Assembly (NCBI GenBank): GCA_009694295.1
Contig: SHVJ01000003.1
Span: 1 to 54,674, forward strand
Length of the DNA: 54,674 nucleotides
Direction: 5' to 3'
DNA from: Acidimicrobiia bacterium
GTDB lineage: Bacteria > Actinomycetota > Acidimicrobiia > IMCC26256 > PALSA-555
A program made the position numbers and the translations under genes. Every line of letters begins with the position of its first letter. The first letter of the stretch is position 1. The notes beneath the pieces were generated by a model that saw only the letters and a list, made by a program, of their open reading frames with translations, ran no database searches and was not told where the DNA came from. Below, piece by piece: positions 1-8,423 of this stretch.

Positions 1-3000
1 GATCCGCTCGACCTCACGGATGACCACGCCGGCCTGGTCCCCCGCCTCAATCACGGCGTCGGATACTTCGGCCACTTCCACCGTCTTCACGGTCTTCTTC
101 TGTGTGGACAGCGGCTGACCCACCTTGCAGTTGTCGCGGTAGATGGCGACGGCCTTGAGGCCCAGCTTCCAAGCCTGCATGTGGATGTGCTCGATCTCTT
201 CGACTGTCGTCTCTTGTGGGGTGTTGATCGTTTTGCTAATTGCCCCCGAGATCCAGGGCTGCGCGGCGCCCATCATCTTCACGTGACCCATGTAGTGGAT
301 CGTGTTGTCGCCCATGGAGCAGGCGAACACGGGGAGGTGCTCCGGGTTGAAGTCCGGCGCACCGTCGAGCGTCTTGTGCTCGTTGATGTGCTGCACGATC
401 GCGTCGCCCTGCTCGTCGGTGTATCCGAGCTTGCGCAACGCACGCGGGATCGTCTGGTTGACGATCATCATCGTGCCGCCGCCCACGAGCTTCTTCGCCT
501 TCGTGAGCGCGAGGTCGGGCTCGATGCCGGTCGTATCGCAATCCATCATCAACCCGATGGTGTTGTGACTGACGAAGCCGTTGGCGACGTACGTGACGTT
601 CTCGGGCACAGACAAGTCGAACGTGAGCTCCTCGGCGCCGAGCTCGGCCGATGCGACAGTGTCGTAGAAAAAGCCGAGGAGGTGCAACAGCTCGGCGTCG
701 TTGGTGCGTTCGAACAGCTCGTTCGCGGAACGTCGCGACACCGTGCCGCGGGCCACCTCCATGAGCAGCACCTTGCGGAGGCGGTCGTTCGCGGGCGCGA
801 GCCGATCCACCAGCGCGCGGGTGACCGGGATGTAGTCCTTGCGCGCCGCCTGGCGTCCTTCGCTCCGAAGGACCTTGGCGTTCTTGCGGTCGCCGACGAA
901 CCCGATCTCTTCGAGCCAACGTGAGTGGTACGACGTGTTGAGGAGCCGCAGCACCGCCAGCGCCGACTGCCCCCACCCGGTGATGTCGAACTTGCGGGTC
1001 GTCGGGTAGCCGAGCGCGAGCAGCACCGTCTGGACGTCGTGCGAGAACTCGAGCGAAGTGGTGGACCAGTTCGGGATCCCCGAAGTGACCGTGCCGTCGG
1101 CCTCGAAGAGGCCGCGCACGAACGCGCCGTAGATCTCACGGTCGTTGGTGTGCAGCAGCGCGTCGGGGATGTGCGGCGTCCAGCCTTTGCCCGTGTGACC
1201 TTCGTGCGGCAGGCGCTTCGCGAAGCCACACGCCTCCCACCACTCGGTGAGTCGAACCGAGTGGAGAGCAACCTCCGTGTATCCCTGCTTCTGCGCGACG
1301 TGCGCTTGTAGCCCAAAGCACTCCTTGCCGAGCCGCGAGAGACGCTCGACGACGTCGAAGTCGCCATCGGCGACACAGAGACGGATACCTCTCGAGTGCA
1401 GAGAACCGTCGCCCATGAAGTAGCCGACGAGCTCGGCGAGCTCCGGCGTGACCGCGCGCGGCGCCCGCGCTTCCCACTCGCCGGTCCAGTACGCCTCCGG
1501 CAGCGGTGGCAACGTGACGGCTTGGGACTCACCCACTAGTTGGTCGAGCGCGAGCGGCACACGATCACCGGATCGCAGGTCGGCCAGGTGACGCCACACC
1601 CACGTACCGCTCTCATCGACAACCTTCACGCGATGCTTCGTGGTGCCGCGCAGGCGGTACCCGCGTGCGGTCGTGACATTGACGACGGGCTCGACGCCGT
1701 TCACGTAGAACTGCGTGGCCTCCCGCGCGCCGTCGTCGGTCTGGACGTCGATGCCGAGCGGCTGCCACTGGTCGCCGATCGGGTTTCCGAGTGAGCCGAG
1801 TCGCACAAGACCACGCGCGGTAGGCACAAGGCTCCCGCCAACGAGACATCCCGTAGGCGCGAGCACGGTTGCTTGCGAGTTGCGGACACCTTGGAACTCC
1901 GCCACCTCGATGGCCTCGTCCCACGAGCGCTGTGCCGCACCCAACAGGTTGGGAGGCACGAGCTCCTCGTCGATCTTGGCCACCTCAGCGCGGTGCATCC
2001 GCAACACGTTGAGCATGGCGTCTTCGTTCTCGGCGTAGCCCGCGAACGGGCCCATTCGGCCCGCCGTCTTGGCGCTGGTCGCGTACGCGTGTCCCGTCAT
2101 CAGCGCGGTGATCGCCGCGGCCCACGCCCGACCCTCGTCGGAGTCGTAGGGAAGGCCTTGCGCCATGAGCAGCGCGCCAAGGTTGGCGTAGCCGAGCCCG
2201 AGCTGGCGGAACTTGCGGCTGTTCTCACCGATCTTCTCGGTGGGGTAGTCGGCGTTGCCGACAAGGATCTCCTGCGCGGTGAACACGACCTCGACCGTCT
2301 GCTGGAACGCCTCGGTGTCGAAGTTGCCGTCCTCGTCGAGGTAGCGGAGCAAGTTGATGCTCGCGAGGTTGCAGGCGGAATTATCTAAGTGCATATATTC
2401 CGAGCACGGGTTGCTCGCGTTGATGCGACCCGTATTGGGCGCGGTGTGCCAGTGGTTGATCGTGGTGTCGAACTGCATGCCGGGATCGGCGCACTCCCAC
2501 GACGCCTCGGAGATCTGACGCATGAGGTCGCGCGCCTTCACCGTCTTGACCGGCTCGCCGGTCTTGACGGCCCGCAGCGCCCAATCGGCATCTTCTTCGA
2601 CCGCGCGCATGAAGTCGTCGGTGACCCGCACCGAGTTGTTGGCGTTCTGGTACTGGATCGAGTGGCTGTCGATGCCGTCGAGATCCATATCGAAGCCGGC
2701 GTCTTTCAGCGCGCGCGCCTTGCGCTCCTCACGCGCCTTGCACCAGATGAACTCTTCGATGTCGGGGTGATCGTCGTTGAGGATGACCATCTTCGCGGCG
2801 CGTCGGGTCTTGCCACCCGACTTGATCGTGCCGGCCGACGCGTCGGCGCCGCGCATGAAGCTCACCGGGCCGCTCGCGGTGCCGCCACCGGCGAGGCCCT
2901 CGTAAGACGAGCGGATGTTGGACAGGTTGATGCCCGACCCCGACCCGCCTTTGAAGATCGTTCCCTCTTCGCGGTACCAGTTGAGGATCCCGTCCATCGT

Positions 3001-4536
3001 GTCCTCAACCGCAAGGATGAAACAGTTGTGCACGCGCAGGTTGCCCGAGAGGTACTCGCCGCTCTCGGTCTGGATGTCGTAGACGTCCATCTCCCCGAGC
3101 TCTTCGATGCGCTTGATCTCGAGGCGCTTGACGTCGAGGGCAGGACGACCCGGCAGAGCGAACGTCGATTCGAGCTTCGATACCTTGCGCTCGTCGATGA
3201 ACCCGATCTCGTCGGCGAATCGACGCCGATCGCCCGCGACGCGGATCGACAACGACCAGCAGCCCTTGCGCGACTCACGTCGATCGGCTTTGAAACTCAC
3301 GCGGCCGTAGATCCCGAAGCGCAACAACAACGACTGCACACCGCGAACGATTCCTTCGGAGATCATGTCGAGACCCACAGTGGAGCCGTGCTCGCGCTGC
3401 GAAACGTAGCCTTCGGCCTGGAACACGCTCCGCAGGTATGCAGCGACGACCGGGAGGGGTGCAGTGAAGAGAAATGCCGGGACCTGCATATCGAGGCCGC
3501 GAGTCATGAGCCCCCACTTGTCGATGAATGGACGCAAGTGGTTCCCGTAAAGACGAAGGCGACGGCAGTCAAGCGTGGGGTCTTTGGTTTCGACAGTGCG
3601 CTCATGGCTGTGCGCGTCTCCAAAGACCTCGTCGACTGCCCAATTGACCCATGCGCGCTCGTCGTCGTTCACCGACATCGATTCGATGGTCAGCGATCGG
3701 TTGGTGCCTTCGTACTGGCCAACAAAGCCATCTGACTGCAACCATCCAGCGAGCGCGGCTTCGGCAATCTCGCGCGTGGTGATCTCGCCCGTACCCCACG
3801 ACTCGGTGCGGTGCCACTCGAGCTTGTCGTTCGGACGCAGCGTGCCGGCCTCGACGAACCGACCGGAACCCTGGCCTGTCGAACGCCAGACCAGGTGGTC
3901 GGGCGTCACGTCGAGCGTCATGCCCGCCTTGGTGTGGACGCGGAGCACTCGCTTCGTACCGTTGTGCTTGACGGCAACGATCTTCGTGATGCCATGCGCG
4001 TCGAACACCTTCGTGCCGACGGCGCGGTCTTCCACCAACTTGCCGATCGGTACAAGTCCTTCGGTCGTGCTGACGAGCGAGTCGTAGGGCTGGCACGCGC
4101 TCGCCTGCTGCGGCACACCTTTGACGCCGATGTTGAACCACACCGGACTGTTGAACGCCACTTGCTGGTGCACGAGCACGAACTTGAGCTCGTTGCGGAA
4201 CGCCGCGCCTTCCTGGTCATCGACGAAGTAGCCGTCGCGCATGCCCCACGCGGTGATCGTGTCGGCGACGCGGTCGATCACCTGACGCAGCGACCACTCG
4301 CGCTCGTCGGTGCCGAGGGTGCCACGGAAGTACTTCTGGGCGACGATGTTGGTGGCGTTCTGCGACCAGGCGACGGGGAACTCCACATCGGGCTGGTAGA
4401 ACGCGTCGGTCCCGTCCTTGAAGTTCTGGATGCGCGCCTCGCGCCGCTCCCACTCGACCGTGTCGTAGGGGTGCACTCCGGGCCGGGTGAAGTACCGACG
4501 GATCCCGATCCCGATCTGCTCTGGCGCGATCGCCAC
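1..4536 (-). CDS. nrdJ: Adenosylcobalamin-dependent (class II) ribonucleotide reductase with two inteins; 3' end runs off the window
   Basis: Manual translation from GTG at 4536 (GGAGG upstream): MAIAPEQIGIGIRRYFT...AFNSPVWFN...GGTASGPVSFM...SGGKTRRAAKM...NASNPCSEYMHLDNSACNLASINL...QLGLGYANLG...APTG/TIGLMMDCDTTGIEP...SGAISKTIN. Adjacent to nrdR. Absent from the ORF track because no stop falls inside the window. Confidence 0.96.
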   Translation of the reverse strand, partial: MAIAPEQIGIGIRRYFTRPGVHPYDTVEWERREARIQNFKDGTDAFYQPDVEFPVAWSQNATNIVAQKYFRGTLGTDEREWSLRQVIDRVADTITAWGMRDGYFVDDQEGAAFRNELKFVLVHQQVAFNSPVWFNIGVKGVPQQASACQPYDSLVSTTEGLVPIGKLVEDRAVGTKVFDAHGITKIVAVKHNGTKRVLRVHTKAGMTLDVTPDHLVWRSTGQGSGRFVEAGTLRPNDKLEWHRTESWGTGEITTREIAEAALAGWLQSDGFVGQYEGTNRSLTIESMSVNDDERAWVNWAVDEVFGDAHSHERTVETKDPTLDCRRLRLYGNHLRPFIDKWGLMTRGLDMQVPAFLFTAPLPVVAAYLRSVFQAEGYVSQREHGSTVGLDMISEGIVRGVQSLLLRFGIYGRVSFKADRRESRKGCWSLSIRVAGDRRRFADEIGFIDERKVSKLESTFALPGRPALDVKRLEIKRIEELGEMDVYDIQTESGEYLSGNLRVHNCFILAVEDTMDGILNWYREEGTIFKGGSGSGINLSNIRSSYEGLAGGGTASGPVSFMRGADASAGTIKSGGKTRRAAKMVILNDDHPDIEEFIWCKAREERKARALKDAGFDMDLDGIDSHSIQYQNANNSVRVTDDFMRAVEEDADWALRAVKTGEPVKTVKARDLMRQISEASWECADPGMQFDTTINHWHTAPNTGRINASNPCSEYMHLDNSACNLASINLLRYLDEDGNFDTEAFQQTVEVVFTAQEILVGNADYPTEKIGENSRKFRQLGLGYANLGALLMAQGLPYDSDEGRAWAAAITALMTGHAYATSAKTAGRMGPFAGYAENEDAMLNVLRMHRAEVAKIDEELVPPNLLGAAQRSWDEAIEVAEFQGVRNSQATVLAPTGCLVGGSLVPTARGLVRLGSLGNPIGDQWQPLGIDVQTDDGAREATQFYVNGVEPVVNVTTARGYRLRGTTKHRVKVVDESGTWVWRHLADLRSGDRVPLALDQLVGESQAVTLPPLPEAYWTGEWEARAPRAVTPELAELVGYFMGDGSLHSRGIRLCVADGDFDVVERLSRLGKECFGLQAHVAQKQGYTEVALHSVRLTEWWEACGFAKRLPHEGHTGKGWTPHIPDALLHTNDREIYGAFVRGLFEADGTVTSGIPNWSTTSLEFSHDVQTVLLALGYPTTRKFDITGWGQSALAVLRLLNTSYHSRWLEEIGFVGDRKNAKVLRSEGRQAARKDYIPVTRALVDRLAPANDRLRKVLLMEVARGTVSRRSANELFERTNDAELLHLLGFFYDTVASAELGAEELTFDLSVPENVTYVANGFVSHNTIGLMMDCDTTGIEPDLALTKAKKLVGGGTMMIVNQTIPRALRKLGYTDEQGDAIVQHINEHKTLDGAPDFNPEHLPVFACSMGDNTIHYMGHVKMMGAAQPWISGAISKTINTPQETTVEEIEHIHMQAWKLGLKAVAIYRDNCKVGQPLSTQKKTVKTVEVAEVSDAVIEAGDQAGVVIREVERI
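562..1848 (-). mobile_element. Intein 2 in NrdJ (429 aa) with LAGLIDADG homing endonuclease
   Basis: Interrupts the conserved APTG|TIG motif. Starts CLVGGSLV, ends YVANGFVSHN, +1 residue Thr. Internal motifs LVGYFMGDG and FVRGLFEADG. Confidence 0.93.
3025..4095 (-). mobile_element. Intein 1 in NrdJ (357 aa) with LAGLIDADG homing endonuclease
   Basis: Interrupts QASA|CFIL. Starts CQPYDSLV, has block B TPDH, ends YLSGNLRVHN, +1 residue Cys. Internal motifs LAGWLQSDG and YLRSVFQAEG. Confidence 0.93.
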
Positions 4537-4650
4537 TGTGTCCTCCTGGTCGTCGAACTCGGTCGAACTGCTGGTCGAAACTGGTCGTCGAACTGCTCAC
4601 AACGCCGCCCGGATGGTGCTCCGAGCCTTCCCCCTGGCGGCCGATCGCCT

Positions 4651-4697
4651 ACCCCTAGATGTGGTGGTGGGGTGGGGGGTCGTCGCTAGATGCGGGG
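4651..4697. promoter_or_regulatory. Tandem NrdR boxes upstream of nrdJ
   Basis: ACCCCTAGATGTGGTG (4651-4666) and GTCGCTAGATGCGGGG (4682-4697), 31 bp apart, resemble the NrdR-box consensus acaCwAtATaTwGtg. They lie between nrdR and nrdJ. Confidence 0.8.
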
Positions 4698-4798
4698 CGT
4701 ATTACACCACTGGAATTCCATACGTGTCAATGGGCAACTTCAGCAACACGCGTCTTTTTCGGCCGGACCCCCTGTCAGAATCCGGGTCAGAGCCCGGG

Positions 4799-5281
4799 TT
4801 AGAGCCGGGGAACGGGACGGGGCTTGGGTTCTGTGGTCTTGCGGAGCTCCACGACCTCTCGCTCGAAGTCGGCGCCCGTCTCGAAGCCCTTGTAGACGGA
4901 GGCAAAGCGGAGATACGAGACCTCGTCGAGCACCTGGAGCCGCTCGAGTACCGCGACCCCGAGGCGCTCGGTGGTGACTTCCGGGCCCGAGGCCCTGGCC
5001 TCCTCCTCGATCTCCGTGAGGAGCGCGGCGACCGCTGCAGGGGCCACGGCGCTGCCGGCGACGGCCCGCTCGATGCCCGCCGCGAGCTTGGTCCGCTCGA
5101 ACGGCTCCTTCACTCCCGACCGCTTTACGACCATGAGCGGCAGCTCCACCACGCGCTCGTGGGTCGTGTAGCGACGACCGCAGGCGAGGCACTCCCGGCG
5201 ACGGCGCACCGAACCGCCCTCGTCGGCCGGACGCGAGTCGACGACCTTGTCGTCGTCGGCTTGGCAGTAGGGGCAACGCAC
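4799..5281 (-). CDS. nrdR: Transcriptional repressor NrdR
   Basis: MRCPYC...VVDSR...RRRRECLAC zinc ribbon, ATP cone (VVKRSG..EPF), YLRFASVY. Confidence 0.97.
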   Translation of the reverse strand: MRCPYCQADDDKVVDSRPADEGGSVRRRRECLACGRRYTTHERVVELPLMVVKRSGVKEPFERTKLAAGIERAVAGSAVAPAAVAALLTEIEEEARASGPEVTTERLGVAVLERLQVLDEVSYLRFASVYKGFETGADFEREVVELRKTTEPKPRPVPRL

Positions 5282-5327
5282 CGCCTCAACGTACGCCGTA
5301 CCCGGCCGTTGCGCTTGTCGCCCGCGA

Positions 5328-5750
5328 CTACGCGGGCAGCCGAATCGTCTCGCCGACCACGAGCGGCGCGCCGTCGCGGGCCGCGCTCAGCTCGTCGACG
5401 AGCGGGCGCGGGTCGGCGCCCGGGTGAGACCGCTCGACGATCGACCACAGGGTGTCGCCGGGACGGACGACCACGACGGACGAGCCGGATGGGGAGCCGG
5501 ATGGGGCAGTGGGGAGGCTCGGGCTGCGCTCGGGAGGAGCGAGGGGTGCACCCCCGAGCGCTGCGCCCGCCTCCCCCGTCACGATCACCGCACCGAGTAC
5601 CAGCGCAGCCGCCCAGAGGCGACGACGCCGGTACGTGGAACGGGAGGCCCGGCCAGTGCTGCGCCCGGTGGCGGGGCGCGGCGTGCGCTGGTGGGTCCTC
5701 GCGGGGCTCACCAGTGCGCTGAAGCCAGGGTCGATCGTGACGGCGGTCAT
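5328..5750 (-). CDS. Membrane-anchored LysM protein, SOS-type division inhibitor candidate (YneA/ChiZ/DivS-like)
   Basis: Basic N-terminus, TM segment after YRRRR, C-terminal LysM (VVVRPGDTLWSIV...LVVGETIRLP). Divergent from lexA and upstream of nrdR. Alternative GTG start at 5765. Confidence 0.8.
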   Translation of the reverse strand: MTAVTIDPGFSALVSPARTHQRTPRPATGRSTGRASRSTYRRRRLWAAALVLGAVIVTGEAGAALGGAPLAPPERSPSLPTAPSGSPSGSSVVVVRPGDTLWSIVERSHPGADPRPLVDELSAARDGAPLVVGETIRLPA

Positions 5751-5813
5751 GGTGTTGCGTTCCACTCCTTCGTGCCCGGTCTACCGGGCGGCTGCGTACC
5801 CCGTGAGCAGACC

Positions 5814-5827
5814 ACGGGGGTGTGACA
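5814..5827 (-). promoter_or_regulatory. TGTCACACCCCCGT motif, candidate LexA-independent DNA-damage (RecA-NDp/PafBC-like) promoter element
   Basis: Identical 14-mer in the same orientation upstream of recA (18552-18565). Confidence 0.55.
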
Positions 5828-5895
5828 CTCGCTTCTCGTTGCTCCTCGCTCTGCGACCTACGCCCGGACAGGCTCGCACGTACCGTTGCCCGTTC

Positions 5896-5990
5896 CGAAC
5901 GCTTGTTCGCATCCAAGCAGAACGCCTGTTCGGTTGTCAAGAGGAAACCCGAAAAAATACGAACAGGTGTTTGCCCCGAACACCTGATCG
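5896..5990. promoter_or_regulatory. Four LexA (SOS) boxes in the LysM gene/lexA divergent region
   Basis: CGAACgcttGTTCG 5896-5909; AGAACgcctGTTCG 5919-5932; CGAACaggtGTTTG 5960-5973; CGAACacctGATCG 5977-5990. All match the Gram-positive GAAC-N4-GTTC box. Confidence 0.88.
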
Positions 5991-6006
5991 TGCTACCTTC
6001 GACCGC

Positions 6007-6633
6007 ATGACAGATCTCACAGATCGCCAACGCCAGGTCCTCGAGTTCATCGACGCCGAGGTGCGCGAGCGGGGCTACCCGCCCAGCGTGCGCGAGATCG
6101 GTGAGGCCGTGGGGCTCTCCTCGAGCTCCACCGTCCACGCCCATCTCGCCGCCCTCCAAGACAAGGGCTTCCTCACCCGCGACCCCACCAAGCCCCGCGC
6201 CCTCGAGCTCCACTACGAGTCGGGCTCGGGCAGTGCCGTCGAGCGTCGCCCCGTGCGCCACATCCCGCTCGTCGGCGACGTCGCCGCCGGCGTTGGTGTG
6301 CTCGCCGACCAGAACATCGAAGAGACCATCCCGATGCCCGAAGACTTCACGGTCGCCGGCCAGCTCTTCATGCTCCGGGTGCGCGGCGAGTCGATGATCG
6401 ACTCCGGCATCCTCGATGGCGACTACGTCGTGGTGAAGCAGCAGGCCAACGCCGAACCAGGCGAAGTGATCGTCGCCGGCATCCCCGGTGAAGAGGCCAC
6501 GGTCAAGACGTTCCAGAAGCGTCGCGGCAAGGTGGTGCTCCAGCCGGCCAACAAGCGGATGGACGAGATGGTCTTCGAACCGACCGACATCACCATCTAC
6601 GGCAAGGTCGTCTCGCTCCTGCGCCGACTCTGA
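6007..6633 (+). CDS. lexA: SOS repressor LexA
   Basis: MTDLTDRQRQVLEFI...GYPPSVREIGEAVGLSSSSTVH; cleavage site VAAG; catalytic GESM and TVK. Confidence 0.97.
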   Translation: MTDLTDRQRQVLEFIDAEVRERGYPPSVREIGEAVGLSSSSTVHAHLAALQDKGFLTRDPTKPRALELHYESGSGSAVERRPVRHIPLVGDVAAGVGVLADQNIEETIPMPEDFTVAGQLFMLRVRGESMIDSGILDGDYVVVKQQANAEPGEVIVAGIPGEEATVKTFQKRRGKVVLQPANKRMDEMVFEPTDITIYGKVVSLLRRL

Positions 6634-6651
6634 CGCGGTCGCCACGGACGC

Positions 6652-7677
6652 TCAGTTCGCGGCGACAGCCTCCAGATCGGAACCACAGAACGTGCGGCGA
6701 TAGGCCAGCGGCGTCGTCTGCACCACACGCTGGAAGTGGTTGCGCAGCGTCGCCGCCGAGCCGAAGCCCACGTGCATCGCGATGCGCTCCACCGACAGAT
6801 CGGTCGTCTCGAGGAGCTGCTGGGTGGCGAGCACCCGTTGGCGCATCAGCCACGAGTGCGGCGTCGTGCCGACCACCGATTGGAAGTGGCGGGCGAACGT
6901 GCGCGGGCTCATGAGGCTGCGACTGGCGAGGTCGGTCACGGTGAGCGGCTCGCCCATGTGCTCGATCGCCCAGTCGAGGGTCTCGCGGAACGGGTCGGGA
7001 CCCGGCTCGGGTGCGACGGGCGCTCCCACGTACTGCGCCTGACCGCCGTCACGGTGCGGCGGGATGACCAGCCCGCGCGCGACGGCGTTTGCGACTTCCG
7101 CACCGTGGTCGAGACGGACCACGTGGAGCGCAAGGTCGAAACTCGCCGCCGCGCCAGCGCTCGTGAGCACCTGGCCGTCGTCCACGTAGAGCACCGACGG
7201 GTCGACCTCGGTCTCGGGATACAGCGCGGCCAGCTCGTCGGCGGCGCCCCAATGGGTCGTCACCCGCCGACCGTGCAGCAGACCAGCATCAGCCAGGACG
7301 AACGCGCCGGTGCAGAACGAGAGCAAGCGAGCGCCACGTGCGTACGCCGCCCGGAAGACCTCGAGCACCTCCGGTGGCGGCGTGGTCTTCTCGCCCTTCC
7401 CGCCCCACTCTCCGCCCCACGGCATGGCGATGAGGGTGTTGGCGTCGGCCGCGTCCTGCAGCGTGTGCGACGCGATGACCCGCAGGCCGTAGTGGGTGTC
7501 GGTCTTCGCCTCCTCGGGCCCTCCGCACACGCGCAGCTCGTACCAAGGATCGGCGAAGTCGGGGCGAGCGATGCCGAACACCTCGACCGCCGCCGAGAGC
7601 TCCAGGAGGCTGGGCTCGCCCGGCACGATCGCGGCCACGACATGGCGCTTCGGAACAGCGCGGGGGCGACGGGCCAT
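6652..7677 (-). CDS. GlxA-family transcriptional regulator (DJ-1-like sensor domain plus AraC HTH)
   Basis: SFCTGAFVLADAGLL...TTHW, TSAGAAAS, PHRDGGQAQY, MSPRTFARHF, GFGSAATLR. Confidence 0.92.
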   Translation of the reverse strand: MARRPRAVPKRHVVAAIVPGEPSLLELSAAVEVFGIARPDFADPWYELRVCGGPEEAKTDTHYGLRVIASHTLQDAADANTLIAMPWGGEWGGKGEKTTPPPEVLEVFRAAYARGARLLSFCTGAFVLADAGLLHGRRVTTHWGAADELAALYPETEVDPSVLYVDDGQVLTSAGAAASFDLALHVVRLDHGAEVANAVARGLVIPPHRDGGQAQYVGAPVAPEPGPDPFRETLDWAIEHMGEPLTVTDLASRSLMSPRTFARHFQSVVGTTPHSWLMRQRVLATQQLLETTDLSVERIAMHVGFGSAATLRNHFQRVVQTTPLAYRRTFCGSDLEAVAAN

Positions 7678-7747
7678 GGCAGGATCCTAGCGACTAGAGC
7701 CATTCTTGCCAATGGCAGGATCCTCGCGTCACACGGCATATCTGCCA
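7677..7747. promoter_or_regulatory. Two tandem 35-bp imperfect inverted-repeat units (TGGCA...TGCCA), candidate GlxA-family operator
   Basis: TGGCAGGATCCTAGCGACTAGAGCCATTCTTGCCA (7677-7711) and TGGCAGGATCCTCGCGTCACACGGCATATCTGCCA (7713-7747). Confidence 0.6.
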
Positions 7748-7783
7748 CTCGTCGGATCAGGCTCGATCCCGCACGCTCGGACC

Positions 7784-7954
7784 ATGAGCCCACTTCCATT
7801 GACCCTGACCCACCTCTACGTCGAACAGCGCCAAGCCGAGCTTCGCGCCTCGGCGCGCCGACGCCCCCGTCGACCGGGGCACTCCCATCGATCGCGGCGC
7901 CTCCGTCGCTGGGGCCGAGGCTGGCTGGACCGGGTGGTTACGGGTTCAGCGTGA
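7784..7954 (+). CDS. Small basic hypothetical protein (56 aa)
   Basis: MSPLPLTLTHLYVEQRQAELRASARRR...; fills the gap divergent from the GlxA-family gene. No homology evidence. Confidence 0.45.
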   Translation: MSPLPLTLTHLYVEQRQAELRASARRRPRRPGHSHRSRRLRRWGRGWLDRVVTGSA

Positions 7955-8423
7955 TCTCTACCTGCAGCACCATGCTCGGGCTTCCGTCCTGCGCGCTGAA
8001 CTGGAAGACCCAGAGGCATGCGGGCGTCGGTGCGCTGACGGTAAAGGGAACCGATTCACTAAATGCAGCCAGCGTCTGTCCTTGCGCGGACTGACCGGTA
8101 GCCGTGGCGATGTCGTTGCCGGAGGCGTCCTTGATGGCGATCTCGAACGTCGCTTCAAAGGCGTTGATGCTGCCGCTGACGGCGAGGGGGCTCGTGACCA
8201 GATCGTTCGCGGCTGGTTGATTGACCACCACCTGCGTCGAGTTCGCGGGATCGGGATTGGCCTGGCAAGCAGCGGAACGCGAAGCACCCGTGGTGGTGGT
8301 GGTCGCGCTCGTCACCGTCGTAGTGGTCGTGGACGGCTTCTTCCTCTCCGCACTCCCACCACATGCGGCGGTGAACGCCGCGAGGCCAATGACGCCAACC
8401 AACAACAACGAACGCTTCATCAT
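7938..8423 (-). CDS. Lipoprotein with probable Gmad2-type Ig-like domain
   Basis: Signal peptide with lipobox (FTAAC), Thr-rich linker, then VVVNQP..NDLVTSPLAVSG...AFEATFEIAIKD. Overlaps the dapD stop. Confidence 0.72.
   Translation of the reverse strand: MMKRSLLLVGVIGLAAFTAACGGSAERKKPSTTTTTVTSATTTTTGASRSAACQANPDPANSTQVVVNQPAANDLVTSPLAVSGSINAFEATFEIAIKDASGNDIATATGQSAQGQTLAAFSESVPFTVSAPTPACLWVFQFSAQDGSPSMVLQVEITLNP

Noticed and set aside
181-4689. Many ORF-track entries over the first 4.7 kb (for example 2389-3735 + and 3811-4689 +)
   Set aside because: They are antisense or off-frame shadows of nrdJ, typical of high-GC DNA, and carry no recognisable motifs.
4537-4798. Possible cobalamin riboswitch upstream of the B12-dependent nrdJ
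   Set aside because: No B12-box-like conserved sequence was recognised, and the NrdR boxes account for the region.
5452-6006. Apparent 185-aa N-terminal extension of LexA in the ORF track
   Set aside because: It overlaps the LysM gene and the SOS boxes; LexA homology starts at ATG 6007.
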